IMG/VR virus record: IMGVR_UViG_3300046171_000227
Span: 1-64,000 of that record
Length of the DNA: 64,000 nt
Strand: one strand, 5' to 3'
Origin: a virus
Both the position numbers and the translations under genes were made by a program. Of the stretch, positions 40,151 through 48,354 are shown piece after piece. Position 1 is the first letter of the stretch, and each line of letters opens with the position of its first letter. The notes beneath the pieces are model-generated. The model was not told the DNA's origin and did not search any database. It worked only from the letters and a program-made list of their open reading frames with translations.

Positions 40151-41060
40151 TTTTCAAAAAAGTTATTAAGATCAAGTTGAGATAAATCTTGCGTTTGAGC
40201 GTCTAGAAACATCTGATTATTATCTAGAAGCAGTTGTTCAGTCACTTCAGAATAGTCGTCAACAAAAAGAACCTGATAGTCTTTATACAATTCTTCTAGA
40301 AACGGAGTTCGTTTCATTACGGGAACACGCCGCATGTAGATTGTCTCCCAGTTTCTATGGCAATCAATAGCATTTCCTCTAGGACATAAAACAAACTTAC
40401 ACCTTCTCATGTGTTCTAAGTAAGTTTCAAAATCAACTCTTCCACTCTCCACGGTTGCCCAAGATTCATCTATAAACTTTGTAGACAAACCCTTACGCTC
40501 TTCATGTGAGTTTTCATTTATGCCAACATAGAGTAATCTAAATGATCTAGGATCTCTCTCATTCATGAAGTGATTGAGAATTTCAATTCGATCATCGTTT
40601 GGATTCATGCGTCTCTGCATACCATATGGCGCAGGAATCACTTTCCCACCAAAGGTGACGGCATTCACAGCAACAATGCGAACTACATTATCAGGAATAA
40701 ACTCATAAATGTAATCATCAATCGGAGTATCTTCAAGATTAGGTGAAGATAATAAACTTCATGTCCTTGAAGTTTCTGCAGAGATTAAGAAGATTACTCT
40801 TTTGCATCATTGCCCTGACAGCAGGCCAATCTTCATCTTTAACATCCTGCAATCTTTCTATGATATAAACGAATGTTATCAATGAACAGAGTCATATAAT
40901 TTCTACTTCTTTCAATCTCAAAAACTTTACTGACGAACTCAAAGTTCATCAGATTAGCTTCTTTCATGAAATGCGTATATATCCCACTCCATTGTCCCGA
41001 TTGATCGCCAAACGAATAGTCACAAAGTTGTGATAGTGCTACACCTTCAATTAATTCCAT
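40135..41060 (-). CDS. Exostosin/GT47-like protein (apparent indels at ~40845 and ~40742)
   Basis: KFVLCPRGNAIDCHRNWE...VPV. Confidence 0.6.
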
Positions 41061-41905
41061 GGTTTAATAAATTCTGCATACTTCTCCTGATTATTCTGAA
41101 TATACTCTGGATAACTTTCATCAATTGGAACTGGATGATACGATATTCCTCTACCTAAAGGATCAGATTTATTAGTCACTCTTGAAGAAGATTCAATTTC
41201 TGTAAGTTGTTGACTATCAGCACCTGCAGTCATTTTTTGCCTGTACCTTTCAACCCCTCCAAAGTAACTCCAGTGCCACCCACCATCTAGAAGACGATGT
41301 GATTCCTCCCACATACTATCACGTAATTTGTCAACTGACAAATCTTTCATTTTACCCCAGGTACATACCCTAGATCCTCTCCAATCATTCTGGTAATGAG
41401 TATTAAGATCATAGTAAAATGCTCTCTGCATAGCAGCATATAAGTTATTAGGATCAAACCAATCAGTATTTTCAAGTATCAACGGATTAATTATTTCATC
41501 AGCATCACTAGTGATCACCATGTCATCATCTTCAACCCCAGACTTTTCCAATGAGAACGCAGTGTAATTTCTTGCGTACATATCTCTTTGGTATCTATTA
41601 GGAATATCGATATATCGCATACCGCAATTGGGATCAATATCTTTGTATGCAGTGTGATATTTTTGTTTTTCATAATATGCAGTGAAATCACTGGGAATAT
41701 CTTCCATTACATTATGAATAACCTTATCATTAAATTTAGAAAAACGATCTCTATTCTCCCAATAATAAAGTGGTTTACTATCACCCATGGTTGTATATGG
41801 TGATTCTGTGATTACAAAGTAATCAACAACATCATAAAGAATATTGAATCTAATTTCAAGAATTTCTAGTTCATTAAAGAATCTAAAGGAATCGAATATT
41901 TTCAT
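41051..41905 (-). CDS. Glycosyltransferase family 17-like
   Basis: FFNELEILEIR, VVDYFVITES, SDADEI, GGWHWSY. Confidence 0.82.
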   Translation of the reverse strand: MKIFDSFRFFNELEILEIRFNILYDVVDYFVITESPYTTMGDSKPLYYWENRDRFSKFNDKVIHNVMEDIPSDFTAYYEKQKYHTAYKDIDPNCGMRYIDIPNRYQRDMYARNYTAFSLEKSGVEDDDMVITSDADEIINPLILENTDWFDPNNLYAAMQRAFYYDLNTHYQNDWRGSRVCTWGKMKDLSVDKLRDSMWEESHRLLDGGWHWSYFGGVERYRQKMTAGADSQQLTEIESSSRVTNKSDPLGRGISYHPVPIDESYPEYIQNNQEKYAEFIKPWN

Positions 41906-42897
41906 CAATTTTTCCAATAATCATAAATGTCTTTCGTCACTTCATAATCCATATCTTTAACTTTTCTATTAGGTTGCTTCATAGCCCAAACAAACATACT
42001 CTCAATCAATTCATTAAGGTTTGTATTATCCTCGAAGTTGAGAATAGTTTTTGCTTTAGTATGATCACAATAAGCATGTTTTACTTCATGACGTGGTTCA
42101 CCATGCTCAATGTTTACCTGATAACCATACTTTGCAGCAATAGTCTGAACTGAAATAGCAACTTCATTCAGTGAGAAATGTTTATCAGCACCAATATTAA
42201 ATGTCTCACCATCATGATCCGTTAAGAGTTTATCAAACGGTTCCATATAATATTTGATATCAGAGAATGCTCTTGTTTGTTCTCCATCACCGTAGACAAG
42301 AATAGGTTGTCCATTCAACGCCTTACGGATGAAGATACCAATCACATTACGATATCTGTCCCAGATATTCTGATAAACTCCGAGAACATTGTGAGGACGA
42401 ACAATATTGTATCGTAATCCGAATTGTTCATACGCTAATTTCAAATCACATTCTACTGCATATTTTGCAATACCATATGGATCAATAGGTTGTGGACGCT
42501 TATCTTCGGTAAATGGTGGAGTTTGATCTCCATAGACTGCCATACTAGAAGTGAAGATGACTTTCGTTTCATAAGTGATGCACTCGTTGATCAGATTAGC
42601 GGAAACGATAAGATTATTACGATAATTGTAATTACGAATAAAAGGAGAAAGTCCTTCAGCCGCATACGCCGCGAAATGAACGAGGACATCAGGTTGATGC
42701 TCTTTAAAAAGTTCAGCAACTTTTTTCCTCCTTTCTAGATTTAATTTCACAAACGTAAATTTCTCCCCTTTAGGTACAAAGGCTTTGTACCCTCCAGAGA
42801 GATCATCAATACCTACTACATCATGCCCTGCAGCAAGAAGATGTCGTGAATAATTTGAACCAAGCAAACCAGCACAACCCGTTACGAAGATTTTCAT
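41905..42897 (-). CDS. NAD-dependent sugar epimerase/dehydratase
   Basis: TGCAGLLG, YGIAK, YGDGEQTRAF. Confidence 0.9.
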   Translation of the reverse strand: MKIFVTGCAGLLGSNYSRHLLAAGHDVVGIDDLSGGYKAFVPKGEKFTFVKLNLERRKKVAELFKEHQPDVLVHFAAYAAEGLSPFIRNYNYRNNLIVSANLINECITYETKVIFTSSMAVYGDQTPPFTEDKRPQPIDPYGIAKYAVECDLKLAYEQFGLRYNIVRPHNVLGVYQNIWDRYRNVIGIFIRKALNGQPILVYGDGEQTRAFSDIKYYMEPFDKLLTDHDGETFNIGADKHFSLNEVAISVQTIAAKYGYQVNIEHGEPRHEVKHAYCDHTKAKTILNFEDNTNLNELIESMFVWAMKQPNRKVKDMDYEVTKDIYDYWKN

Positions 42898-43751
42898 TCG
42901 TATCCATACTCCTTTTTCATTTCGTCGAATATTTTTCTGATACCCACATCAATTGTGGTTTGAGGAATCCACCAGTCAAGGATGTAAGTATCTGGTGCGT
43001 TTCTCTTATCAAGTTGAACGCTATCTTTAGCAAGTCCAGACTTGATATTAATATCATGCCTCCCAATCAATCCAAAACATCCCTGGATGATATTAGCAAC
43101 CTCTCTAATAGTGTTAGAGCGGAATGAGGTGATGTGAAGAGGATCTTCAGGTTTGAAGTCAGTATAAGACTCCATGATAGTCTCCAATGCCTCACAGCAG
43201 TCTTCAGCATAGAGGAACTGACGCTCTTCTGTGCCATCTGTCAGCATCTCAAACTCCTTCTCTTCAAATCCTTTACGGATAAAGTCAGTGATGACATGTG
43301 CTTTGTCCATGTCTTTCTCAATGCCGTAGACATTCCAGAACTTGACAATCAGTCCTTTTAGAGTGCTGGTATAAAGTTCACCAACACGTTTCAGCACACC
43401 ATAGGGAGAGTAACTCATGTTACTCATCTGAGATGATGCAAAGACAAAACGCTTCTTATACTTGCCAAGCAAATCAAAAATGTTTGCCATCATACGAGTG
43501 TTGTTATTAACAAAGTCAAACGTATGTTGATACTTCTTCAGATATCTAGAACCACCTACATCAAAGGCAAGAACAAATACAAAGTCCGCATTCTTGATTG
43601 CACGATCGAGATTATGATTCGGAATCTGAGTCAAATCTTCACCATGATGTCGAGCGATGTCGAATGGCGTGACATCATGCCCCTTAGCAGAAAGGTGCTC
43701 AACGAGATAAGCACCAATCTGTCCACTTGAACCCAATACTGTAACTTTCAT
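42894..43751 (-). CDS. NAD-dependent sugar epimerase/dehydratase
   Basis: GSSGQIG, YGVLK, DGTEERQFLY. Confidence 0.85.
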   Translation of the reverse strand: MKVTVLGSSGQIGAYLVEHLSAKGHDVTPFDIARHHGEDLTQIPNHNLDRAIKNADFVFVLAFDVGGSRYLKKYQHTFDFVNNNTRMMANIFDLLGKYKKRFVFASSQMSNMSYSPYGVLKRVGELYTSTLKGLIVKFWNVYGIEKDMDKAHVITDFIRKGFEEKEFEMLTDGTEERQFLYAEDCCEALETIMESYTDFKPEDPLHITSFRSNTIREVANIIQGCFGLIGRHDINIKSGLAKDSVQLDKRNAPDTYILDWWIPQTTIDVGIRKIFDEMKKEYGYE

Positions 43752-44797
43752 CGATTAGCAACCTGAATAGCAATCCAATTATATGTCTTTCTAATTCCTT
43801 CTTCAAGTGTCTGAGAATAATCCCAATCAAGTTTCTCACGAATGAGATCATTATTAGAATTACGTCCACGAACACCAAGAGGTGCGTCAAGTTTGTGACG
43901 CTTCTGAACAACCTTTCCAGAGACTCTAGCAGCAGTCTCTACAAGTTCATTGATGGTTACCATCTCTTCAGAACCAATATTGACAGGGCCAATAAAGTCA
44001 CTATCCATCAACCTTCTAGTTGCTTCAATGCATTCATCAATGAACAGGAAGGAACGAGTCTGTAAGCCATCTCCCCACACCTCGATGGATCCACCGAGCG
44101 GCGCGAGATCTGCGACTTTACGGCAGATTGCAGCTGGCGCTTTCTCTCTTCCACCCTCCCAGGTTCCTTCAGGCCCGAAGATATTATGATATCGAGCAAC
44201 CCGAACAGGGATATCGTGATTACGATGATAAGCAAAGTAAAGTCGTTCAGAAAATAGTTTTTCCCATCCGTATTCCGAGTCTGGATTGGCGGGGTATGCG
44301 GATTCTTCACGGCAATCTGGATTATCAGGATCAAGTTGATTATGCTCTGGATACATGCAGGCAGATCCAGAATAGAAAATCTTTGTCTTATTTACTTCTG
44401 TCCTTTCGTTAAGTTTACGTTGCTCTTCAAGGACATTCAGATTAATCGATACTGAATTATGCATGATGTCTGCGTCGTTCTCGCCAGTGAAAACGAAACC
44501 TGCACCACCCATATCGGCAGCAAACTGATAGATCTCATCAAAAGATTCAATCAGTCTTTCTGGAACATTTTTAAAAAAGTTTCCATTATATCCTTTAAAT
44601 TCAAGAACTCTTTTCACGAATGAAACATCCCTGAGATCACCAAGGATAAATTCGTTTGCTCTAGTAGAAGAGAACTCAGGATTCTTTAGATCTACTCCGC
44701 GAACCCAGTAACCTTCTTCGCGGAGTCTTTTAACCATATGACTTCCAATAAAGCCACCTGCACCAAGTACCAGTGCAGTCTTATTATATTCAGACAT
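43748..44797 (-). CDS. GDP-mannose 3,5-epimerase-like SDR
   Basis: GAGGFIGSH, AADMGGAGF, SACMYP, YGWEK, GGREKAPAAICRK. Confidence 0.85.
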   Translation of the reverse strand: MSEYNKTALVLGAGGFIGSHMVKRLREEGYWVRGVDLKNPEFSSTRANEFILGDLRDVSFVKRVLEFKGYNGNFFKNVPERLIESFDEIYQFAADMGGAGFVFTGENDADIMHNSVSINLNVLEEQRKLNERTEVNKTKIFYSGSACMYPEHNQLDPDNPDCREESAYPANPDSEYGWEKLFSERLYFAYHRNHDIPVRVARYHNIFGPEGTWEGGREKAPAAICRKVADLAPLGGSIEVWGDGLQTRSFLFIDECIEATRRLMDSDFIGPVNIGSEEMVTINELVETAARVSGKVVQKRHKLDAPLGVRGRNSNNDLIREKLDWDYSQTLEEGIRKTYNWIAIQVANR

Positions 44798-44816
44798 GAT
44801 GAAGACTTATACGTGT

Positions 44817-45050
44817 CTATTTAGATACTGTATCTTTGATGTAACAGGGAACACCTTCAGGATCCAACCACTTTGTATACTCAAAGTCATCCATAGCAGT
44901 AATCAGTTGCATTTTGTTGTCAAGCAAATACATGTCACTGTATCGCTTAGTGTAATAATGTGCTTTTTGAATACGATAGTCAGGATGTCCGTTCTCTAGG
45001 ACGCCAGACTCAACGTAACGATAGGGGAAGCGTTCGAGAAGAACTTTCAT
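44817..45050 (-). CDS. Conserved cyanophage hypothetical protein
   Basis: ERFPYRYV...DMYLLDN...YTKWLDP. Confidence 0.65.
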   Translation of the reverse strand: MKVLLERFPYRYVESGVLENGHPDYRIQKAHYYTKRYSDMYLLDNKMQLITAMDDFEYTKWLDPEGVPCYIKDTVSK

Positions 45051-45262
45051 TGGACTTCGATAGTTTCAAGATCATTATAGACATATTCCATCAGGATGTC
45101 ATAGTCATCCATGGGATCACCGGAAAAAACCACACCGCTGTTCTCATAATACTTGCGGACTTTCTTGAAAAGTTTTGGGTTCTTCACATCGAGAAAGAAT
45201 TCTCCATTTGCTGCACTTCGGAGAGTCTGTACGTCCTTCTTGAATTTTGTAGTCAGTGTCAT
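45047..45262 (-). CDS. Conserved cyanophage hypothetical protein
   Basis: LDVKNPKLFKKVRKYY...FSGDPMDDY. Confidence 0.65.
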   Translation of the reverse strand: MTLTTKFKKDVQTLRSAANGEFFLDVKNPKLFKKVRKYYENSGVVFSGDPMDDYDILMEYVYNDLETIEVQ

Positions 45263-45313
45263 TTTGCTGGGTGTTGACGAGTCAAGTATAACTGACTTAT
45301 GTATCCTTGTCAA

Positions 45314-45386
45314 TAGGGGTTGCGAGGATCGAACTCGCCTTAGGCAAATTATGAGTTTGCTGCATTCACCAGATTGCTAAACCCCT
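45314..45386 (-). tRNA. tRNA with CAT anticodon (elongator Met or Ile2)
   Basis: Acceptor AGGGGTT/AACCCCT, anticodon arm GCAAA-CTCATAA-TTTGC, TTCGA T-loop. Confidence 0.85.
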
Positions 45387-45461
45387 TGGTAGGACTGCTG
45401 AGAATTGAACTCAGTTCACACCGTTATAAGCAGTGGGCCTTAACCAATAGGCGACAGTCCC
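45387..45461 (-). tRNA. tRNA-Ile(UAU), CCA encoded
   Basis: GGGACTG/CAGTCCT-A-CCA; CACTG-CTTATAA-CGGTG. Confidence 0.85.
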
Positions 45462-45466
45462 TCAAT

Positions 45467-45637
45467 TCAAGAACCTTCTTCGTGTTCTGTATACATTTTT
45501 AGGAGTTCATCATTCGCTGGTATAAAGACAGCTGCTGTACCGTCTTCTTTGACAACGCCAAGTCTCTCTCCATTCTCAACTCGTGCGAAGAGTTCGTCGA
45601 AATTTTCTTCCCATTCTTTTAAAGAAAAGATTTCCAT
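45467..45637 (-). CDS. Small Phd/YefM-antitoxin-like protein
   Basis: Translated by hand: MEIFSLKEWEENFDELFARVENGERLGV...AVFIP. Confidence 0.5.
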   Translation of the reverse strand: MEIFSLKEWEENFDELFARVENGERLGVVKEDGTAAVFIPANDELLKMYTEHEEGS

Positions 45638-45813
45638 TTGTTAACTATAGTGAAAAGTCCATGAGAGTAGAATCCCAGGACTATCGATCCCAGAATCGCA
45701 CTTATAATTGTAGCAGTTTTATTGTGTTTGTCAATTGCCTTATCAATCATTTCTTGGCACTGTTTTTCCGTAACATAGTGCTCTGGTTTGATTTCATCCA
45801 TCCGATGACTCAT
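45619..45813 (-). CDS. Small membrane protein
   Basis: CQEMIDKAIDKHN followed by a transmembrane helix. Confidence 0.6.
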   Translation of the reverse strand: MSHRMDEIKPEHYVTEKQCQEMIDKAIDKHNKTATIISAILGSIVLGFYSHGLFTIVNKWKSFL

Positions 45814-46027
45814 CTTCTAGTCGCCCCAAAGTAACCATTCTCTCTTCCCATGTTACTCCACCTTCCATTCCAGTACAAGGATTTATGCAGGTTTCATCAC
45901 CGTGATTGTTACATACTAGTCCAGCAAGATCTAATTCGTTCCCTTTCTTGCCAGTATACCAGTAGTGTTGGCCACCTATCCAGGTTGCCTGACACTTTGG
46001 ACACTCTTTAGTATCAAGTGATGTCAT
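45794..46027 (-). CDS. Small Cys-rich protein
   Basis: CPKC...DLAGLVCN...CINP. Confidence 0.6.
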   Translation of the reverse strand: MTSLDTKECPKCQATWIGGQHYWYTGKKGNELDLAGLVCNNHGDETCINPCTGMEGGVTWEERMVTLGRLEDESSDG

Positions 46028-46304
46028 TCTTTGTATGCTCCTTGAGTAATTGTTTTCTGTCTTTCACAAGTTGAGATCTAAGTTTCCTCATCAAGAAGTA
46101 TGATCTCAATTTAATAAAAGAATACCTGACATTAAGATCAATGTATGCTACAAGTCGCATGGTGGCATTATAACCACCTATTAAAATTAATGCAACAAAT
46201 ATCAGGACAAGAAGATAAAAGAGAACCAATATTTTTATGCAGGTATAATTGTATATAGAAACAAAATATTTTCTAACAAGTGTAACATCTTGATACAAAC
46301 ACAA

Positions 46305-46378
46305 TCGGGATGATAGGATTTGAACCTACGGCCACTCGCTCCCAAAGCGAGTGCTCTACCAAACTGAGCTACATCCCG
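46305..46378 (-). tRNA. tRNA-Pro(UGG)
   Basis: CGGGATG/CATCCCG; CTCGC-TTTGGGA-GCGAG. Confidence 0.92.
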
Positions 46379-46380
46379 GA

Positions 46381-46463
46381 CGGAGAGAACAGGAATCGAA
46401 CCTGCGAAGGTGTTACCCTCAGCCGCTTTCAAGGCGGTGTCCTCGGCCAACCGGACTCTCTCC
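46381..46463 (-). tRNA. tRNA-Ser(UGA)
   Basis: GGAGAGA/TCTCTCC-G; CCGC-CTTGAAA-GCGG; long variable arm. Confidence 0.88.
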
Positions 46464-46480
46464 AGGCACATAATAGTTAT

Positions 46481-46963
46481 CTATTCAAAAAAATCAATTG
46501 CTAAACTGTATCTTGGCATAGTTACATTTGGAGGAACAGTATGTTTTATTTTACAGGGCAACAACATCAAAGAGTTGGTTGGACATTCTGTCTTGTAAAT
46601 TTCATTTTCGATATTTAGCCATGATCCAATACCTTCAGGATTATCAATCATATAGACGCAAGTTACATTATAATAACCCGGATAATCATGATCATGCCAC
46701 ACTTCATATGCCAAATCTTTATCAGTATAATTTACCCAAGAGGTTTTAACTGTTCTCGGTATATTAGATTTTTCTGCTATTTTTTTAATTATGGGTGAAA
46801 TAACTTCACATTTCATATGCAAATTATTCAGTGTTTGCAATCCAGGACAACCTTGAACTTTTTCTAAAAAACGTTTTGAACGAATGAATAAATTTACTCT
46901 TTCTTCTTCCGTAAGAATATTATCAATAATTTTTATTGAGTCTAATATATTATCTTTCCTCAT
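46481..46963 (-). CDS. 2OG-Fe(II) oxygenase-like protein within the tRNA array
   Basis: SWVN, WHDH, TCVYM, HTVP...RYSLAID. Confidence 0.6.
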   Translation of the reverse strand: MRKDNILDSIKIIDNILTEEERVNLFIRSKRFLEKVQGCPGLQTLNNLHMKCEVISPIIKKIAEKSNIPRTVKTSWVNYTDKDLAYEVWHDHDYPGYYNVTCVYMIDNPEGIGSWLNIENEIYKTECPTNSLMLLPCKIKHTVPPNVTMPRYSLAIDFFE

Positions 46964-47195
46964 AATTTATTTTACGTACTTTACGTTTTTTTCTTGCCTC
47001 TTGAAAAGCAAGATCCTGAGCAGAAAGTTTATTTGAAATTTTACTTTCTGATGATTTTATCATGACAATTTGACTTAAATCAACTGCTGATACTTTATCA
47101 TTAGTGACTATCATCATGTTAGGACAACCACAGACTTGAGTCTTAGTATTACTACAAATTTCTGTGTTGCATTCTTTGCAACGTACAATAATCAT
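46950..47195 (-). CDS. Small zinc-binding protein
   Basis: CKEC...CGCPN. Confidence 0.6.
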   Translation of the reverse strand: MIIVRCKECNTEICSNTKTQVCGCPNMMIVTNDKVSAVDLSQIVMIKSSESKISNKLSAQDLAFQEARKKRKVRKINYEER

Positions 47196-47219
47196 TTTTC
47201 ATAACCCTCCTAATGGGAA

Positions 47220-47291
47220 TGCTTGATGACGGGATCGAACCGCCGACACCCAGAATGTAACTCTGGTGTTCTACCTCTGAACTAATCAAGC
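47220..47291 (-). tRNA. tRNA-Val(UAC)
   Basis: GCTTGAT/ATCAAGC-A; CCAGA-GTTACAT-TCTGG. Confidence 0.85.
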
Positions 47292-47295
47292 AAAG

Positions 47296-47367
47296 CTCCC
47301 CCACTTGGACTCGAACCAAGAACCGCTCGATTAACAGTCGAGAGCTCTACCATTGAGCTATAGAGGA
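47296..47367 (-). tRNA. tRNA-Asn(GUU)
   Basis: TCCTCTA/TGGGGGA-G; CTCGA-CTGTTAA-TCGAG. Confidence 0.9.
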
Positions 47368-47541
47368 TTGTTTTTTTGTTCCTTCTTTAGTTTGAAATAC
47401 AGTTTATGATAATTATCACACATTTTTCTGAGAACATCTCTGTCTTCGTCAAAACCAAGTTTCTTAGTGTGTTGATAAGAACCTTCTAACTCGGATATAA
47501 GTAGAAGAATTTCAACTGGTTTCATGTTCCTAAAAAAGGAA

Positions 47542-47613
47542 AGCGGAGTATCGGAATCGAACCGACGACATCTAACTTGGAAGGATAGCGTTCTACCGCT
47601 GAACTAACTCCGC
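47542..47613 (-). tRNA. tRNA-Gly(UCC)
   Basis: GCGGAGT/ACTCCGC-T; loop CTTCCAA. Confidence 0.88.
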
Positions 47614-47617
47614 GAGG

Positions 47618-47691
47618 CGTCTCAGGTAGGACTCGAACCTACGGCCGACTGCTTAGAAGGCAGTTGCTCTAATCCACTGAGCTACTGAGAC
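47618..47691 (-). tRNA. tRNA-Arg(UCU)
   Basis: GTCTCAG/CTGAGAC-G; ACTGC-CTTCTAA-GCAGT. Confidence 0.92.
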
Positions 47692-47703
47692 AAAAGAGAA
47701 GAC

Positions 47704-47910
47704 TCAAATCTCTGATTCAGAACCCCGAGTTGTGTCTTCAAGTACAATGTAGTCCATTCCATCCATTTTGTCAAGATCGAACCACTCGTACCATTCATCC
47801 ATCATTGCAAGTCTATCATAAATTTGATCAACAGATTCATTTTGTGCCATTTCTTCAATATGAGTAATAGCCCAGTTACGAGCCTGCATTACTACGTCCG
47901 TCGTTTCCAT
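47704..47910 (-). CDS. Hypothetical protein
   Basis: Start placed at METTDVV; LAMMDEWYEW. Confidence 0.55.
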   Translation of the reverse strand: METTDVVMQARNWAITHIEEMAQNESVDQIYDRLAMMDEWYEWFDLDKMDGMDYIVLEDTTRGSESEI

Positions 47911-48328
47911 AGTAGTCTTTTCGGAAGTATCGGCTGAGGATGTTACTATTGTAGAACTTTGGAACTCCGTTGTCAAGGGATTCTGTAAGGACTCCGTTGA
48001 CGAAGAGTTGTCTGGTTTCTTCAAAATTAGTTTTGCCCTTCGTGTTATGAACGCTGATAATAGTTCTGCTAAAATTTTGCTTACCGAATTTGTCAATGTC
48101 TTCTTTAAGTTCCGGACAAGAACCATAATATTTTTTCCAGTCAGATTCAGATTTTACTTTTCGTTTTTTACCTCTTGGAGTTCTAAACTGCCAGAAGTAT
48201 TTTCTACCGATGTACTGTCGATTATTTTGTAAATTTGTAATGAGGTAGACAAAACCGAACTTATCGCCAATATTTTCAGATAAAAAAGGTTGTCCTTCAA
48301 AAATCCAGGGATTTTCATAATCAACCAT
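47876..48328 (-). CDS. GIY-YIG-family endonuclease
   Basis: GFVYLITN...QYIGRK...WKKYYGS...FYNSNI. Confidence 0.82.
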   Translation of the reverse strand: MVDYENPWIFEGQPFLSENIGDKFGFVYLITNLQNNRQYIGRKYFWQFRTPRGKKRKVKSESDWKKYYGSCPELKEDIDKFGKQNFSRTIISVHNTKGKTNFEETRQLFVNGVLTESLDNGVPKFYNSNILSRYFRKDYYGNDGRSNAGS

Positions 48329-48354
48329 TACAAATTTATTTCAATTTCGATTAT

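Noticed and set aside
47876-48328. GIY-YIG gene as a mobile homing element that carried glgP in
   Set aside because: Short catalytic-domain-only protein with no DNA-binding extension, intron or flanking repeats; looks like a resident T4-like gene.
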